Assembly: GCA_002687895.1 (NCBI GenBank)
Contig: NZBL01000003.1
Location: 20,821-84,820 of the forward strand
From: a bacterium
GTDB taxonomy: Bacteria; Patescibacteriota; Patescibacteriia; UBA2169
Direction of reading: 5' to 3'
Length of the DNA: 64,000 nt
A model generated the notes under the pieces. That model saw only the letters and a list, made by a program, of their open reading frames with translations. It did no database searches and was not told the origin of the DNA. The position numbers were made by a program, and so were the translations under genes. Every line of letters begins with the position of its first letter. Positions within the stretch are counted from its first letter, which is position 1. This document shows, piece by piece, positions 37,422 through 46,524 of the stretch.

Positions 37422-38265
37422 ATTTTTCGGGGTCCCCAGAAACTGCCACAGGCATTTCTGGGGTAAAATTTAGTCCCCACTTTTTAAAATATTTTACAGC
37501 GCTGATTAAATGTATCCAGCTCATTTTATTGAACAAAGCCATGTAAAATTTTCCAACGTTTGATGCACGACCATGATAATGAATGATTTCTGTGTCAGCT
37601 AAATACCAAACTTCATATCCTGCTTGCAAGACTCTCCTGCACCAGTCAGTGTCCTCCAAAAACATAAAATACCTTTCATCCATTAGCCCGATCTTTTGCA
37701 CAGCGCTTTTGCGCACAATCATGCAAGAACCCTGCACCCAGTCTACTTTGCGATTTTCCTTATGATCCCAATTTGTCATTAAATATTTGTGGATGGCGCG
37801 GCGCGCGAATTGGAATCTTGATAAAGGAGTTCTGCGGTAAACTAGTACTTGGGGCGTTGGAAACTCATATACAAAATATTGCAATGATCCATCTGGTGAA
37901 AGTAAGCGCGGTCCCGCGATTCCAGCTTTTGGATTATTATCCATGAATTGAACCATTCGTTTAAAAGCATTATCCCATACAGCGATATCTGAATTCATTA
38001 CAAGATAATATCTTCCACGCGCTTTTTTAATGCCCACATTGTTTCCTGCTGCAAATCCAACATTTGCTGTTGATCTAATCAATTGCACATTATCAAAGCG
38101 AGGACATAACTTTTGCTCTACATATTCCGCGCTTCCATCTATTGAAGCATTATCAACCACAATAATCTCATAATCTAAATCCAAAGTATGTTCAACAATT
38201 CCTTTGATGCATGGAAGCAGAAAATCCTTAGTGTTGTAATTGAGAATTATTATTGAGAGATCCAT
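37414..38265 (-). CDS. GT2 family glycosyltransferase (WbbL-like)
   Basis: SIIILNYN, VVDNAS, GFAAGNN, NSD, DERYFMFLEDTDW. Confidence 0.93.
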   Translation of the reverse strand: MDLSIIILNYNTKDFLLPCIKGIVEHTLDLDYEIIVVDNASIDGSAEYVEQKLCPRFDNVQLIRSTANVGFAAGNNVGIKKARGRYYLVMNSDIAVWDNAFKRMVQFMDNNPKAGIAGPRLLSPDGSLQYFVYEFPTPQVLVYRRTPLSRFQFARRAIHKYLMTNWDHKENRKVDWVQGSCMIVRKSAVQKIGLMDERYFMFLEDTDWCRRVLQAGYEVWYLADTEIIHYHGRASNVGKFYMALFNKMSWIHLISAVKYFKKWGLNFTPEMPVAVSGDPEKYE

Positions 38266-39121
38266 ATGCTTTCAAATTCTGTGTTTCAAATATTAGAATA
38301 TATATAAACTTTAAAAATTCGTATATGACAATCAGCGGTATTCGCCACCAGTCACGCATAGATAAGTTCTTACGTAGCATCATTAAATGATTACGAATAC
38401 TTTCTTGCTTTACTTTATCTGCGCGCATAGAACGATCTCCATGCTGCACTGTTCTATCATGTATTGCAACTGCACTTGGCTCCAACACTGTTTTCCAGCC
38501 AGCACGATTCAATCGCCATGAGAGATCAGCATCTTCTTTATACATCCAAAATCTCTCATCATATATGCCATATTCATCTTTGACGCTTTGCAAGGCTTTT
38601 AATCTATATAGTACGCAAGCCCCAGATCCTCCCCAAACTTGCTTTATATGGCTATTTTGAGGCTTATCTGGCTTGTTTTCATCTATATTTACAACCCTGC
38701 CCCATGCACGCATTGATAGGCCTAACCCATCAATTATGCCAGAATTTGTATCATCTGGCAATGATCTATAAAGCTTTGGAATAACTGCGGCAATGCGCTC
38801 GTTTGACTCTATTGTTTGCATTATCTTTGCAAGACAATTTTTTTGCAGTTCAACATCATGGTTTAAGACAAGAATATATGGGGATGTGCATATCTCAAAT
38901 CCCTGGTTATGCGCTTTGGCAAATCCTTTGTTCTCCTTATTCTCTATAATATCCGCATTTGAATAGTTTTGTCTAATAAAATCAATGGTTTTGTCGCTTG
39001 ACGCATTGTCTATTACAAGTACAGAATACTCAATTTCTGTCTGATTTTGAATACCTAAAAACAGCCTTGGAAGGTGCTGTTTGCTATTCCATGTGGTAAT
39101 TTGGATTTGTACTTTTTTCAT
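38228..39121 (-). CDS. GT2 family glycosyltransferase
   Basis: IDNASSD, GFAKAHN, LNHD, DERFWMYKEDADL. Confidence 0.93.
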   Translation of the reverse strand: MKKVQIQITTWNSKQHLPRLFLGIQNQTEIEYSVLVIDNASSDKTIDFIRQNYSNADIIENKENKGFAKAHNQGFEICTSPYILVLNHDVELQKNCLAKIMQTIESNERIAAVIPKLYRSLPDDTNSGIIDGLGLSMRAWGRVVNIDENKPDKPQNSHIKQVWGGSGACVLYRLKALQSVKDEYGIYDERFWMYKEDADLSWRLNRAGWKTVLEPSAVAIHDRTVQHGDRSMRADKVKQESIRNHLMMLRKNLSMRDWWRIPLIVIYEFLKFIYILIFETQNLKAYGSLNNNSQLQH

Positions 39122-39178
39122 AAATGTTGTATTATATACATATTAGTATTTATAAAAATAAAAAGAAAGGAGACTAAT

Positions 39179-39364
39179 ATGTTAAACAAAAAGTTACTTA
39201 CAGACATTGTAACAACTTTTGTTATAACAGCAATTGTAAGTGTTGTTGTAACCTATGTCTGGACCCTGATTGATGATGGCGCAGATGCTATCTCATTAAG
39301 TAGCTCTCTGCAGTTTGCAGCTGTTCTGGGTATTACTTTGCCTATTGTTAAGGCTAAGACATAG
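39179..39364 (+). CDS. Small two-TM membrane protein (61 aa)
   Basis: SD AAAGGAG; MLNKKLLTDIVTTFVITAIVSVVVTYVW...; terminator AAAAACAGtCTGC/GCAGtCTGTTTTT after the stop. Confidence 0.7.
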   Translation: MLNKKLLTDIVTTFVITAIVSVVVTYVWTLIDDGADAISLSSSLQFAAVLGITLPIVKAKT

Positions 39365-39424
39365 CATATTTCTAAACTCATTAAAAACAGTCTGCTGTAT
39401 GCAGTCTGTTTTTAATTAGCAACT

Positions 39425-39811
39425 ATGGAAAATCTAAAAAAAGTTGAATGGATTTTGCGCATTGCAGTGTCTGGTGAATTCTTGGGACATGGCATATTTG
39501 CCATACAAGGCAAGGCCGCATGGATTAATTGGATTGAGCAATTACTAAATGTGGATGCGTCTGTTGCCACTCAACTACTGCTCTTAATTGGAATTATTGA
39601 TATAGGAATAGCCATATTCGCGCTTGTTCAGCCAATACGAGCAATATTGCTTTGGGCCGCGATTTGGGGATTTTGGACTGCTCTTTTAAGGCCTATTATG
39701 GGCGATCCAATTTGGGATTTTGTAGAGCGGTTTGCCAACATCGGCGCGCCATTAGCGCTCTTATATGTACGCGGTGTGCCAAGAAGTTTAAAGCAATGGC
39801 TAAAGGTATGA
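39425..39811 (+). CDS. DoxX-like membrane protein
   Basis: LRIAVSGEFLGHG N-terminal motif, hydrophobic, WDFVERFAN. Confidence 0.65.
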   Translation: MENLKKVEWILRIAVSGEFLGHGIFAIQGKAAWINWIEQLLNVDASVATQLLLLIGIIDIGIAIFALVQPIRAILLWAAIWGFWTALLRPIMGDPIWDFVERFANIGAPLALLYVRGVPRSLKQWLKV

Positions 39812-39854
39812 TAAATATCACTGCTTTTCGATGAGCATATTATTTATATTCTTA

Positions 39855-41303
39855 TCAATTTCTCTTGTCAACCAGTCCAGACATTAACATAACCACACCA
39901 ATACCAAGTGGATGATTTAAGTATGGACTTACTCCGTGCGTTAATACTACAGCAACAAGGCCAATTATTCCTCCAAGTATTAAATAATTTTCACGATTTG
40001 ACCTCCACCCAAACTTTGCAATCATCCATAAAAGATATAAATAAAATCCAACTCCTAAAAGACCAATCTTAAGCCAAATTTCAAGCCAGCCAAGTTCAAA
40101 CGCTGTTGTTGTGTATAATCCATCTGGATTATTTTTTAGTACTCTTGGATCTTGGGACGCGTATGTAACCGAAGTTCCAAATCCAGATCCATATATTGGA
40201 TGATTTTTGATTGATGACAAGAGCGGCCTAATCTGTGAATAGCGGGATGACACAGCTGCTTCACCGCTGAATTTTGCTGCCCTGTCTTTTAGCAAATCAG
40301 CGCTCATTGTGCCTTTTGGAATTGGAAACATTGCTACTCCAACTGTCAATCCAATGCTTATCACAATAAGCCCAACAAATATTGATCCAAAACTTGAAAC
40401 CTGTTTAATCTTTTCTTTATTAAAAACTAGGATTACAAGCATTACTACCAAGGACGCTATTCCTGCCAGCCAAAAGCTCCTAGAAAATGACATGCTGATT
40501 GCTGATATCACAACAATAATCAATACCACAATCCATGAAACATATTTCTTTTGCTTTAATTTAATAAAGCCATACAGCATTCCAAGCAACGCGAATAATC
40601 CAAATAACAGCCAAATCTGGGACTGCATAAAAATACGGGAAGTCAAAATATTTGGATCAATATTTGTAATTTCTCCTAACCTAGAATACCTAGACCAATC
40701 ATATAATCTATCCTGCAATCCAAACAGCTCATGGCTGAAAATATAAAATAAAGCAATTGTTTTTACAGACAGCCACGCGATCGCGCTGATTACCACAATG
40801 CTGACTTCGCGCGCAATATGCTTTGATCTTGATAAAACATCATATATAGGAAATATCAATGCAAAGTACATGTAATTGTTCACATCACTGAATATTGATC
40901 CTAATCCATTGCCCCTTAATATTCCCCAAATAGTGCCCCAGATAATTATGATCGCAAGCCCGAGATATGGCTTAAATAATTTTGAATGTAAAAATGCGAT
41001 CTTGCGATCTTTTAAAGCATGAGCAAGCCACACTAATATGACAATAAGCCACAAAGTCATGCGGATTGTGACGTCAAACCCAGCAATATCCAATATAAAC
41101 ATCTTGCCTAAAGAGCCAATAATCAGCTCCCCAAAAATCAGCATTACTCCATATTCCAAGCGATAAACAGTTAAAAAAATCGCAGACGTGGCAATAAACC
41201 CAAAAATCCACGGACTTGCATCCACGTTAACATATGAAAGATATGAGAGTAACTCCGCAATCAAGACAATAATCAATGTATTTAAAATCAGGCCTTTTTT
41301 CAT
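39855..41303 (-). CDS. O-antigen ligase / oligosaccharyltransferase family protein
   Basis: About 12 TMs, SFSRSFW, HPIYGSGFG, WLKIGLLG. Confidence 0.85.
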   Translation of the reverse strand: MKKGLILNTLIIVLIAELLSYLSYVNVDASPWIFGFIATSAIFLTVYRLEYGVMLIFGELIIGSLGKMFILDIAGFDVTIRMTLWLIVILVWLAHALKDRKIAFLHSKLFKPYLGLAIIIIWGTIWGILRGNGLGSIFSDVNNYMYFALIFPIYDVLSRSKHIAREVSIVVISAIAWLSVKTIALFYIFSHELFGLQDRLYDWSRYSRLGEITNIDPNILTSRIFMQSQIWLLFGLFALLGMLYGFIKLKQKKYVSWIVVLIIVVISAISMSFSRSFWLAGIASLVVMLVILVFNKEKIKQVSSFGSIFVGLIVISIGLTVGVAMFPIPKGTMSADLLKDRAAKFSGEAAVSSRYSQIRPLLSSIKNHPIYGSGFGTSVTYASQDPRVLKNNPDGLYTTTAFELGWLEIWLKIGLLGVGFYLYLLWMIAKFGWRSNRENYLILGGIIGLVAVVLTHGVSPYLNHPLGIGVVMLMSGLVDKRN

Positions 41304-41342
41304 AGCCCTAATATACTAGCTAGAAACAAAGCAAAAGTAAAT

Positions 41343-41369
41343 GCAGGGCCCCTAGTTTCGAGACCCTAC
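41343..41369 (-). terminator. Terminator of the Cys-rich mini-operon
   Basis: Minus strand GTAGGGTCTC-GAAACTA-GGGGCCCTGC then ATTTACTTTT. Confidence 0.6.
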
Positions 41370-41545
41370 TACCTCACTAACCTGCTGGTAGTTGATTTGG
41401 TGACATATGCGCCACCCTTTCCTTGACACTTGCTGCAATCAACTTTTCCACCTTGCAGCGTAGGCGCCTTCTTTATGCACCTCCTGCAATCACACTTTCC
41501 AGTACCATTGCAATGGACGCAATTCTGCCAGGTAATTCTTGGCAT
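41369..41545 (-). CDS. Small DnaJ-type zinc-finger protein (58 aa), not in the ORF track
   Basis: SD GGGGAGGT-N5-ATG; MPRITWQNCVHCNGTGKCDCRRCIKKAPTLQGGKVDCSKCQGKGGAYVTKSTTSRLVR with two CxxCxGxG motifs. Confidence 0.8.
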   Translation of the reverse strand: MPRITWQNCVHCNGTGKCDCRRCIKKAPTLQGGKVDCSKCQGKGGAYVTKSTTSRLVR

Positions 41546-41568
41546 TGTTTACCTCCCCATGGTTTACG

Positions 41569-41772
41569 TCAATTTATCTGCAGTTCACATGCTATTCTAG
41601 CTTCCTCTCTTCTTACAACCAAGAAGCCATCATGCCCACTTGTGCAGGCCTTATTGGCGCATCCATAGTGAACCTCCTTTTCAAACACACGCCTCTTAAG
41701 TTCTGCATTACAATATGGGCAATTGCCCCAATCTTTTTCCTCCCCTTTCCTGATTTGAGTGTTTTCAGCCAT
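41569..41772 (-). CDS. Small zinc-ribbon protein (67 aa)
   Basis: SD AAAGGAG; CPYC...GCANKAC. Confidence 0.75.
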   Translation of the reverse strand: MAENTQIRKGEEKDWGNCPYCNAELKRRVFEKEVHYGCANKACTSGHDGFLVVRREEARIACELQIN

Positions 41773-42541
41773 GATCACGCTCCTTTTTTTTCAAAAAGTA
41801 GTGGGCCATGCTTCGAAAGAACCATGCCTGTTTTGTAAGCGTCATCTGCTGTTTAAATGATTCACCTCCTTTATGTACAACAGATATATGTGGATAATAA
41901 ATAACATTATAGCCAGCTTTCCAGACCCTGCGGCAAAAGTCAACTTCCTCGAACCAAATATAGAATTTTTCATCAAGTAGGCCGATTTGATTAAACACAG
42001 ATCTCCGAACCAAGAAAAAAGCTCCCATTACTTGATCAATTTTTTGTTCTCGCGAATAATCAAAATCTTTTGCAAGATAATTATCTAAAAGCAATGGAAA
42101 TGGCTTATGTAGTTTTAGTAATATGACAATTTGCGACCATATAGTTGGAAATCTGCGAACAGAGGGCTGAAGTGTCCTATCTTGATTCAGTAAGCGACAT
42201 CCAAGAACTCCTATTTTCTTGTCTGACTCCACTTTCGCAATCACTTTTGAAAGTGTGTCTTCAATAAATTCTGTATCAGGATTTAACAGCAAAACATAAT
42301 CCCCTTTTGACTGTCTAATTCCTTGATTATTTGCTTTTGCAAAACCAAAATTCTCTTTGTTAGTAATTAGCTTTACTTGCGGAAAATTCTGCTTGATCAT
42401 GTCAGATGTTCCATCATTTGAAGCATTATCAACAACTATAATTTCATATCCAACATTTTGCGAATACTTCAAAACAGACTCAATACATTTCTTGAGCAAG
42501 TCTTTCACGTTCCACGAAACAATAATTATAGATATATCCAT
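41765..42541 (-). CDS. GT2 family glycosyltransferase (WbbL-like)
   Basis: SIIIVSWN, VDNAS, LLNPD, DEKFYIWFEEVDF. Confidence 0.93.
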   Translation of the reverse strand: MDISIIIVSWNVKDLLKKCIESVLKYSQNVGYEIIVVDNASNDGTSDMIKQNFPQVKLITNKENFGFAKANNQGIRQSKGDYVLLLNPDTEFIEDTLSKVIAKVESDKKIGVLGCRLLNQDRTLQPSVRRFPTIWSQIVILLKLHKPFPLLLDNYLAKDFDYSREQKIDQVMGAFFLVRRSVFNQIGLLDEKFYIWFEEVDFCRRVWKAGYNVIYYPHISVVHKGGESFKQQMTLTKQAWFFRSMAHYFLKKKERDHG

Positions 42542-42543
42542 AC

Positions 42544-42717
42544 TCAACATACTACCTCATTTAACCAAAAAGAAAAGCGCCGCACGAACATGTGAAGCGC
42601 TAACCGTTGCTTGGATTTAAGATTTAAAAGTAGACTAATTTGACGGAACTCTAAGGGATATATAGACAGCAACCCTTCTGATTGTGCAATCTCAGTTAGC
42701 AGATCAGACATCTGCAT
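42544..42717 (-). pseudogene. Possible gene remnant (57 codons) reading through a terminator
   Basis: MQMSDLLTEIAQSEGLL...; contains hairpin AGCGCTTCACATGTTCGTGCGGCGCT followed by TTTCTTTTT. Confidence 0.3.
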
Positions 42718-42718
42718 T

Positions 42719-43390
42719 TTAGAGTATATGTTTTTTCTTAATTGTTAAAATTGCTTTTTGATAAGATTTACTTTTATCACTAAATCGAAACTTTATCAAG
42801 AATGACGGAACCCACGAACTCATTGTTCCTCCTGTTTTTACAGTAAACAGCATTTCATTAATCCACTTTCCTACATTTCCCTTTTCCAGCATACTAAGCC
42901 ATAAATCCCAATCCTGCAATCGCTTGAGTGATTCATCAAATCCTGTAAAGTGCTCCCTGCGAATCAATGAAGTAGTATGGATATATGGCATTTCCTTGAG
43001 TTTGTCTGCATCAAATTCCCAAAGTTTAAATTTTTTCCAGCCAAACTTAAATGATGAATATACATATGATACATCTGGATTCTCATCAAGTGTTTTTGAC
43101 ATTTTAGCAAGCATGTCTGGCTTCATTACAACATCTGCATCACAAAAGATGACATACCTTCCAATTGATTCTTTGAACCCTCGGTTCCGAGCTGATGGAG
43201 CACCTTTATTTTCTTGCCTAATGAGCAGATCAACTCTTTCAAGCTTTTGTATTAGTTCATCTGACCCATCATCAACAACTATTACTTCATAATCTTTGGA
43301 TGTCTGATTTTTAATGGATTCCAAACATTTCACAAGTTCTTTTGTGTGATTATACACTGGGATTATTATTGATATTTTAGGAATTGACAT
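42719..43390 (-). CDS. GT2 family glycosyltransferase
   Basis: SIIIPVYN, VVDDGS, ARNRG, FCDAD, QDWDLW. Confidence 0.93.
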   Translation of the reverse strand: MSIPKISIIIPVYNHTKELVKCLESIKNQTSKDYEVIVVDDGSDELIQKLERVDLLIRQENKGAPSARNRGFKESIGRYVIFCDADVVMKPDMLAKMSKTLDENPDVSYVYSSFKFGWKKFKLWEFDADKLKEMPYIHTTSLIRREHFTGFDESLKRLQDWDLWLSMLEKGNVGKWINEMLFTVKTGGTMSSWVPSFLIKFRFSDKSKSYQKAILTIKKKHIL

Positions 43391-43437
43391 ATACAATTAT
43401 ATATTGTATTCTATATATAGTTCTTACAAATATAACT

Positions 43438-43584
43438 TTGTTAAACCTATTATTGCGTAAACAAGATAAGTCAGATCTGTGGCAACCACTGACACTTGTG
43501 CTTCTGTCTATCATAGGTGCTGCTACTGCCTTTCTATTTGGGCAAACACTTGAAGCGTTTTTTTCATCACTGTGGATGCAATAG
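43438..43584 (+). CDS. Small hydrophobic peptide or remnant with its own promoter and terminator
   Basis: TTGACA-N17-TATTCT at 43384-43412; LWQPLTLVLLSIIGAATAFLFG TM segment; terminator GGGGATCA-AGGA-TGATCCCC-TTTT; start uncertain. Confidence 0.4.
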   Translation: MLNLLLRKQDKSDLWQPLTLVLLSIIGAATAFLFGQTLEAFFSSLWMQ

Positions 43585-43596
43585 CGGTTCCGGGGA

Positions 43597-44559
43597 TCAA
43601 GGATGATCCCCTTTTATTTTTGTTAAAATTGCCTTGCTAAGTGCATCAACATTACTTGGGCCAATCAACATTCCTTTGTCACCAACTGCCTCCGGAACTC
43701 CGCCGACTTTTGAACCTATCACTGGCTTACCGAATATTTGTGCCTCTTTGTATACAATACCATATCCCTCAAAATCATCTTCATCATCTCGTGGAGTTAG
43801 TATAAACACATCGCAGGCCGAAAGCCAAGAATATTTTTCATCTTCACTTACTGAGCCCGTGAAAATAACATTGTTTTGATCTTTGGACAGCAAACGCAAA
43901 TTATCAATTTCTTCTCCATCACCAACAACAACATATACCAAATCAGGAATCTGTTTCCAAACCATTGGCAATGCACGAATAACCAAATCAATGCCTTTTC
44001 TTTTCACTAATCTACTAATAGTTAAAAGAATTGGCTTATCATCAATTCCGTGCTTTTGACGTAATTCTTTTCCCAAGCTTCTATACTTCTCTATTTCTAT
44101 ACTTTTTATCCTAGGATATTGTACACGAGCAATAGATGAATCTAATTCATAGTGACACAGTAACTCTGCAGTTGCTTTGCTATTTACAATAACTTCATCT
44201 GCATTTTGTAAAATCTTTTTTACCCAAAACCTTTTCCATAACGACTTTCTTGGCCGCACCAAATCTAACCCATGCAGATATACTCGATACGGGGTTTTAA
44301 AAGTCCACTTCCACATTAAAGCAATATATCCTATTGGCAAAATATGCGAAACCCATAACCCATCACATTGGCTCTTATCAAACATACTTTTGGCTTTCCA
44401 AATTAAAGGCAACCATTGTGGCCATAATGGCATTAAATAATTTTGTGCTTTAACTACCGCAACATCGCCATTAAAATGCTTGACTTCTGATTCAAGATAT
44501 TTAGCAATACCTCCATGTTGAGGCAAATATTCTAAGGTAAGTAGTAAAGGCTTTTGCAT
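43597..44559 (-). CDS. GT4 family glycosyltransferase (PimB-like)
   Basis: GGIAKY, SRLVKRKG, EGYGIVYKEA..GKPVIGS. Confidence 0.93.
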   Translation of the reverse strand: MQKPLLLTLEYLPQHGGIAKYLESEVKHFNGDVAVVKAQNYLMPLWPQWLPLIWKAKSMFDKSQCDGLWVSHILPIGYIALMWKWTFKTPYRVYLHGLDLVRPRKSLWKRFWVKKILQNADEVIVNSKATAELLCHYELDSSIARVQYPRIKSIEIEKYRSLGKELRQKHGIDDKPILLTISRLVKRKGIDLVIRALPMVWKQIPDLVYVVVGDGEEIDNLRLLSKDQNNVIFTGSVSEDEKYSWLSACDVFILTPRDDEDDFEGYGIVYKEAQIFGKPVIGSKVGGVPEAVGDKGMLIGPSNVDALSKAILTKIKGDHP

Positions 44560-44645
44560 ATTTACAAAAATACCCCATATACTATACTAACACAATAAGG
44601 GGAGTTCTTTTCATTTAGCATATAAATTGCCAAAAGGAGAGAAAA

Positions 44646-44954
44646 ATGAATGCTCTAACAGATATTGAGATTGTTGTAGAATTAAAAGGGAACATGCCAT
44701 TTGGGGAAAGCATAGAACTTCTCTATGCAGAAATTCATCATATAGGCAATCCAACCATAAAGGTCTTTTATGAGATATATGGAACAGAACAATCCAAACC
44801 CCTCATACTTCATATCGGGTTGGAGCCCTATATCGAAAATCTAGATGTAATGGATTTCACTCCTACCCAAAGGAGTCTGATAACAAGGGCTGTACCACAT
44901 ATTACAGCGTTTATAGCCTTTGAACTATCAAGGAGGAAACCATCGAGTAGTTAG
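44646..44954 (+). CDS. Hypothetical protein (102 aa), inserted unit
   Basis: SD AAAGGAG, TATACT -10 box, downstream hairpin with T-run at about 44985-45020. Confidence 0.7.
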   Translation: MNALTDIEIVVELKGNMPFGESIELLYAEIHHIGNPTIKVFYEIYGTEQSKPLILHIGLEPYIENLDVMDFTPTQRSLITRAVPHITAFIAFELSRRKPSSS

Positions 44955-45018
44955 CTAATAAAAACAAATTCTAAACATTTAGAGAAAGCGTAACGCAATT
45001 AAGACGCGGAGCGCTTTT

Positions 45019-46467
45019 TTATTTTGTCTTTAAAATAACAGACTTTGTCCATCTCCAATCCTCTGCAGTATATGCGCGCAAAAGCAACAAAAGCATTCCG
45101 TAGATGACAACAGCAATTGGAATCACAATCATGAATGAAAATTCCATCTTCATGTAATACACAGCAGTTCCCATTACTCCAGCCGCTATAATAAGCTTAA
45201 TAATGCCAAGAACAACATCGCGGTTAAATACTTTAATGATTTTTCGCGCGCGAATATAGCCTAGGATCACAATCAATACACTGCTGAATAATGCGCTATA
45301 TACTGCTCCCATAAATCCATAAATTGGAATAAGAATAAGATTTAAAGCGATAAATGTTACTAACTGAATTCCACGATTTATTGTAACCCCGCGCTCATTT
45401 CCTGTTGCATTAAGCAATGATCCAAATGGAAACTCAATATACAAGAACACAACCGCCCAAATCAATAACTGCAATGCCGCGATTGACCGAGTAAAGTCTG
45501 GCCAAACTTTTACTATTATCTGATCAGCCAATAAAAATATTCCAACTGCAATTGGAAGGGAAATCGTTAAAAGCAACTGAAATGTTCTGCTGAAAATGGA
45601 TTGCAAGCGCTCTTTTGACGCAACAGCATAATTGCTCATAGCTGGATACACTGCAGCTGTAATTGCTAAAGCAATAAATGGGAAAGTAAACACAACCTTT
45701 GCCGCAATGGCGTATAAACCTACTGCTTCATCTCCTATTATATTTTTGATTAGGATTGAATCAATTGTGTTATATGCTTTTATAAATCCAGCAGCTAAAA
45801 AGAAAGGAAAAGCTATTTTCATCCAATGCTTTATTAATTGCCAGTCAATATACGGCTTAAATGATATGTCTGTTTTCCTTCGCAATAAAGCATTTGAAAA
45901 AATAAGATGAAACAAGCTTCCAGTAAATATAACTAATAGCAAAGCGCGAAGATCTTGGGTTTTTGATATAACAAATAATCCAGTTGAAAATACTATAATC
46001 TGGAAAAGTGCTGTGCCTAATGATTCATAAAACAAATTTTGTTTTGATCGGAATATAGTATAAAAGTAAGCAGTAAACGCGTCCATGATCATGATCACGC
46101 TTGTTATTCCAAGCAAAGTCCAAAGCTTGGCATCATAACCAAGTATAAATGCTGTTGAATGAAGGACAATAAGCGCTACAACTGCCAATCCCATGCGGAT
46201 TGTGAAAAAAGTTCTAAAATTCTTTTTTTGATTTTCCGCGTCCTGGCTAAAATTGCGAATTGCCATTGGAACAAATCCAAAATCAACCACTAAACTAAAG
46301 AACGCGGCAAATGATAAAACAAATACATAAGTTCCAAGCTGTTCTGGGCCTAAAGCGCGCGCAACAATAGTAAAATACGTAAAAGACAAAATCTTCTGAA
46401 ATATCAATGCGCTGGTATATACTGCTCCTGATCTTGCTACTTTTTTTGGATTATGTGCTTTATTCAT
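45019..46467 (-). CDS. Wzx-type polysaccharide flippase
   Basis: ARALGPEQLG.Y, DFG, VGLYAIA, LNLILIPIYGFMGA; about 14 TMs. Confidence 0.92.
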   Translation of the reverse strand: MNKAHNPKKVARSGAVYTSALIFQKILSFTYFTIVARALGPEQLGTYVFVLSFAAFFSLVVDFGFVPMAIRNFSQDAENQKKNFRTFFTIRMGLAVVALIVLHSTAFILGYDAKLWTLLGITSVIMIMDAFTAYFYTIFRSKQNLFYESLGTALFQIIVFSTGLFVISKTQDLRALLLVIFTGSLFHLIFSNALLRRKTDISFKPYIDWQLIKHWMKIAFPFFLAAGFIKAYNTIDSILIKNIIGDEAVGLYAIAAKVVFTFPFIALAITAAVYPAMSNYAVASKERLQSIFSRTFQLLLTISLPIAVGIFLLADQIIVKVWPDFTRSIAALQLLIWAVVFLYIEFPFGSLLNATGNERGVTINRGIQLVTFIALNLILIPIYGFMGAVYSALFSSVLIVILGYIRARKIIKVFNRDVVLGIIKLIIAAGVMGTAVYYMKMEFSFMIVIPIAVVIYGMLLLLLRAYTAEDWRWTKSVILKTK

Positions 46468-46524
46468 GCATATAGTATGCCATATTTTAATCAAAAGAGC
46501 ATCCTTGCGGATGCCCTTTAAAAA

